Part shown: positions 63,895-64,000 of the stretch, piece by piece | Numbering within the stretch: the stretch's first letter is position 1 | Layout of the letters: the number at the start of each line of letters is the position of its first letter | Source: Azolla caroliniana | Taxonomy: Eukaryota > Plantae > Polypodiophyta | Direction: 5' to 3' | Length of the DNA stretch: 64,000 bases | Assembly: GCA_043228905.1 (NCBI GenBank) | Contig: JBHGNT010000002.1 | Span: 22,940,001-23,004,000, forward strand | Position numbers and translations under genes: made by a program | Notes under the pieces: model-generated | What the model was told of the DNA's origin: nothing | What the model saw: only the letters and a program-made list of their open reading frames with translations | The model's database searches: none

Positions 63895-64000
63895 GTGCTC
63901 AAATTCCTCCGTTTTTTTTTGAGCTTGCCGTTGATCTGGCGCTGGTTCCGGTCCTCCCGGTCCTTTACCTGTCGGAGTTCCTCTTTCAGGCGCTCTACTT

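Larger units (their letters stand above)
61683..64000 (+). mobile_element. Tat/Ogre-like gypsy element: 5' LTR 61683-62894 (split by a solo LTR), tRNA-Arg-type PBS 62897-62913, continues past the window end
   Basis: TGTTA...TAACA ends, then CA and TGGCACGCCCGTGGGAC, which resembles the TGGCACGCCCAGTGGGAC Arg PBS of Tat/Ogre elements. Confidence 0.7.

Overview
Eukaryotic land-plant nuclear DNA. AT-rich intergenic sequence, GT-AG introns, microsatellites, a PLS-class PPR relic and Trp-primed gypsy elements suggest a seed-free vascular plant such as a fern (inference). There are three apparently intact protein genes: an intronless LEA_2/NDR1-HIN1-like gene (6032-6637, -), a 9-exon SnRK2 kinase (31438-36908, +) and an intronless CstF-64-like RRM gene (~39400-40335, +). 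One near-canonical initiator tRNA-Met gene sits at 40980-41051. About nine decayed tRNA-iMet copies lie in a ~400-520 bp tandem unit with shared flanks (17.3-22.6 kb, plus 42.7-43.0 kb). The left 43 kb also carries 5'-truncated LINEs with TSDs, a hAT-type non-autonomous element and solo LTRs. From 43.25 kb to the end is a deep nest of LTR retrotransposons. It includes a very young full-length Ty1/copia with a single nonsense codon, two older copia copies, several Trp-primed gypsy LTRs and fragments, and an Arg-primed Tat/Ogre-like element. Four observations stand out: (i) the fossil tRNA-iMet array; (ii) all six readable insertion sites of the Trp-primed gypsy family are CpG-centred (NCGN); (iii) several of these LTRs carry antisense tRNA-like Pol III A/B-box cassettes; (iv) an antisense coiled-coil ORF ends next to the PBS of the Tat-like element. 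All calls were made by eye, with no database searches.
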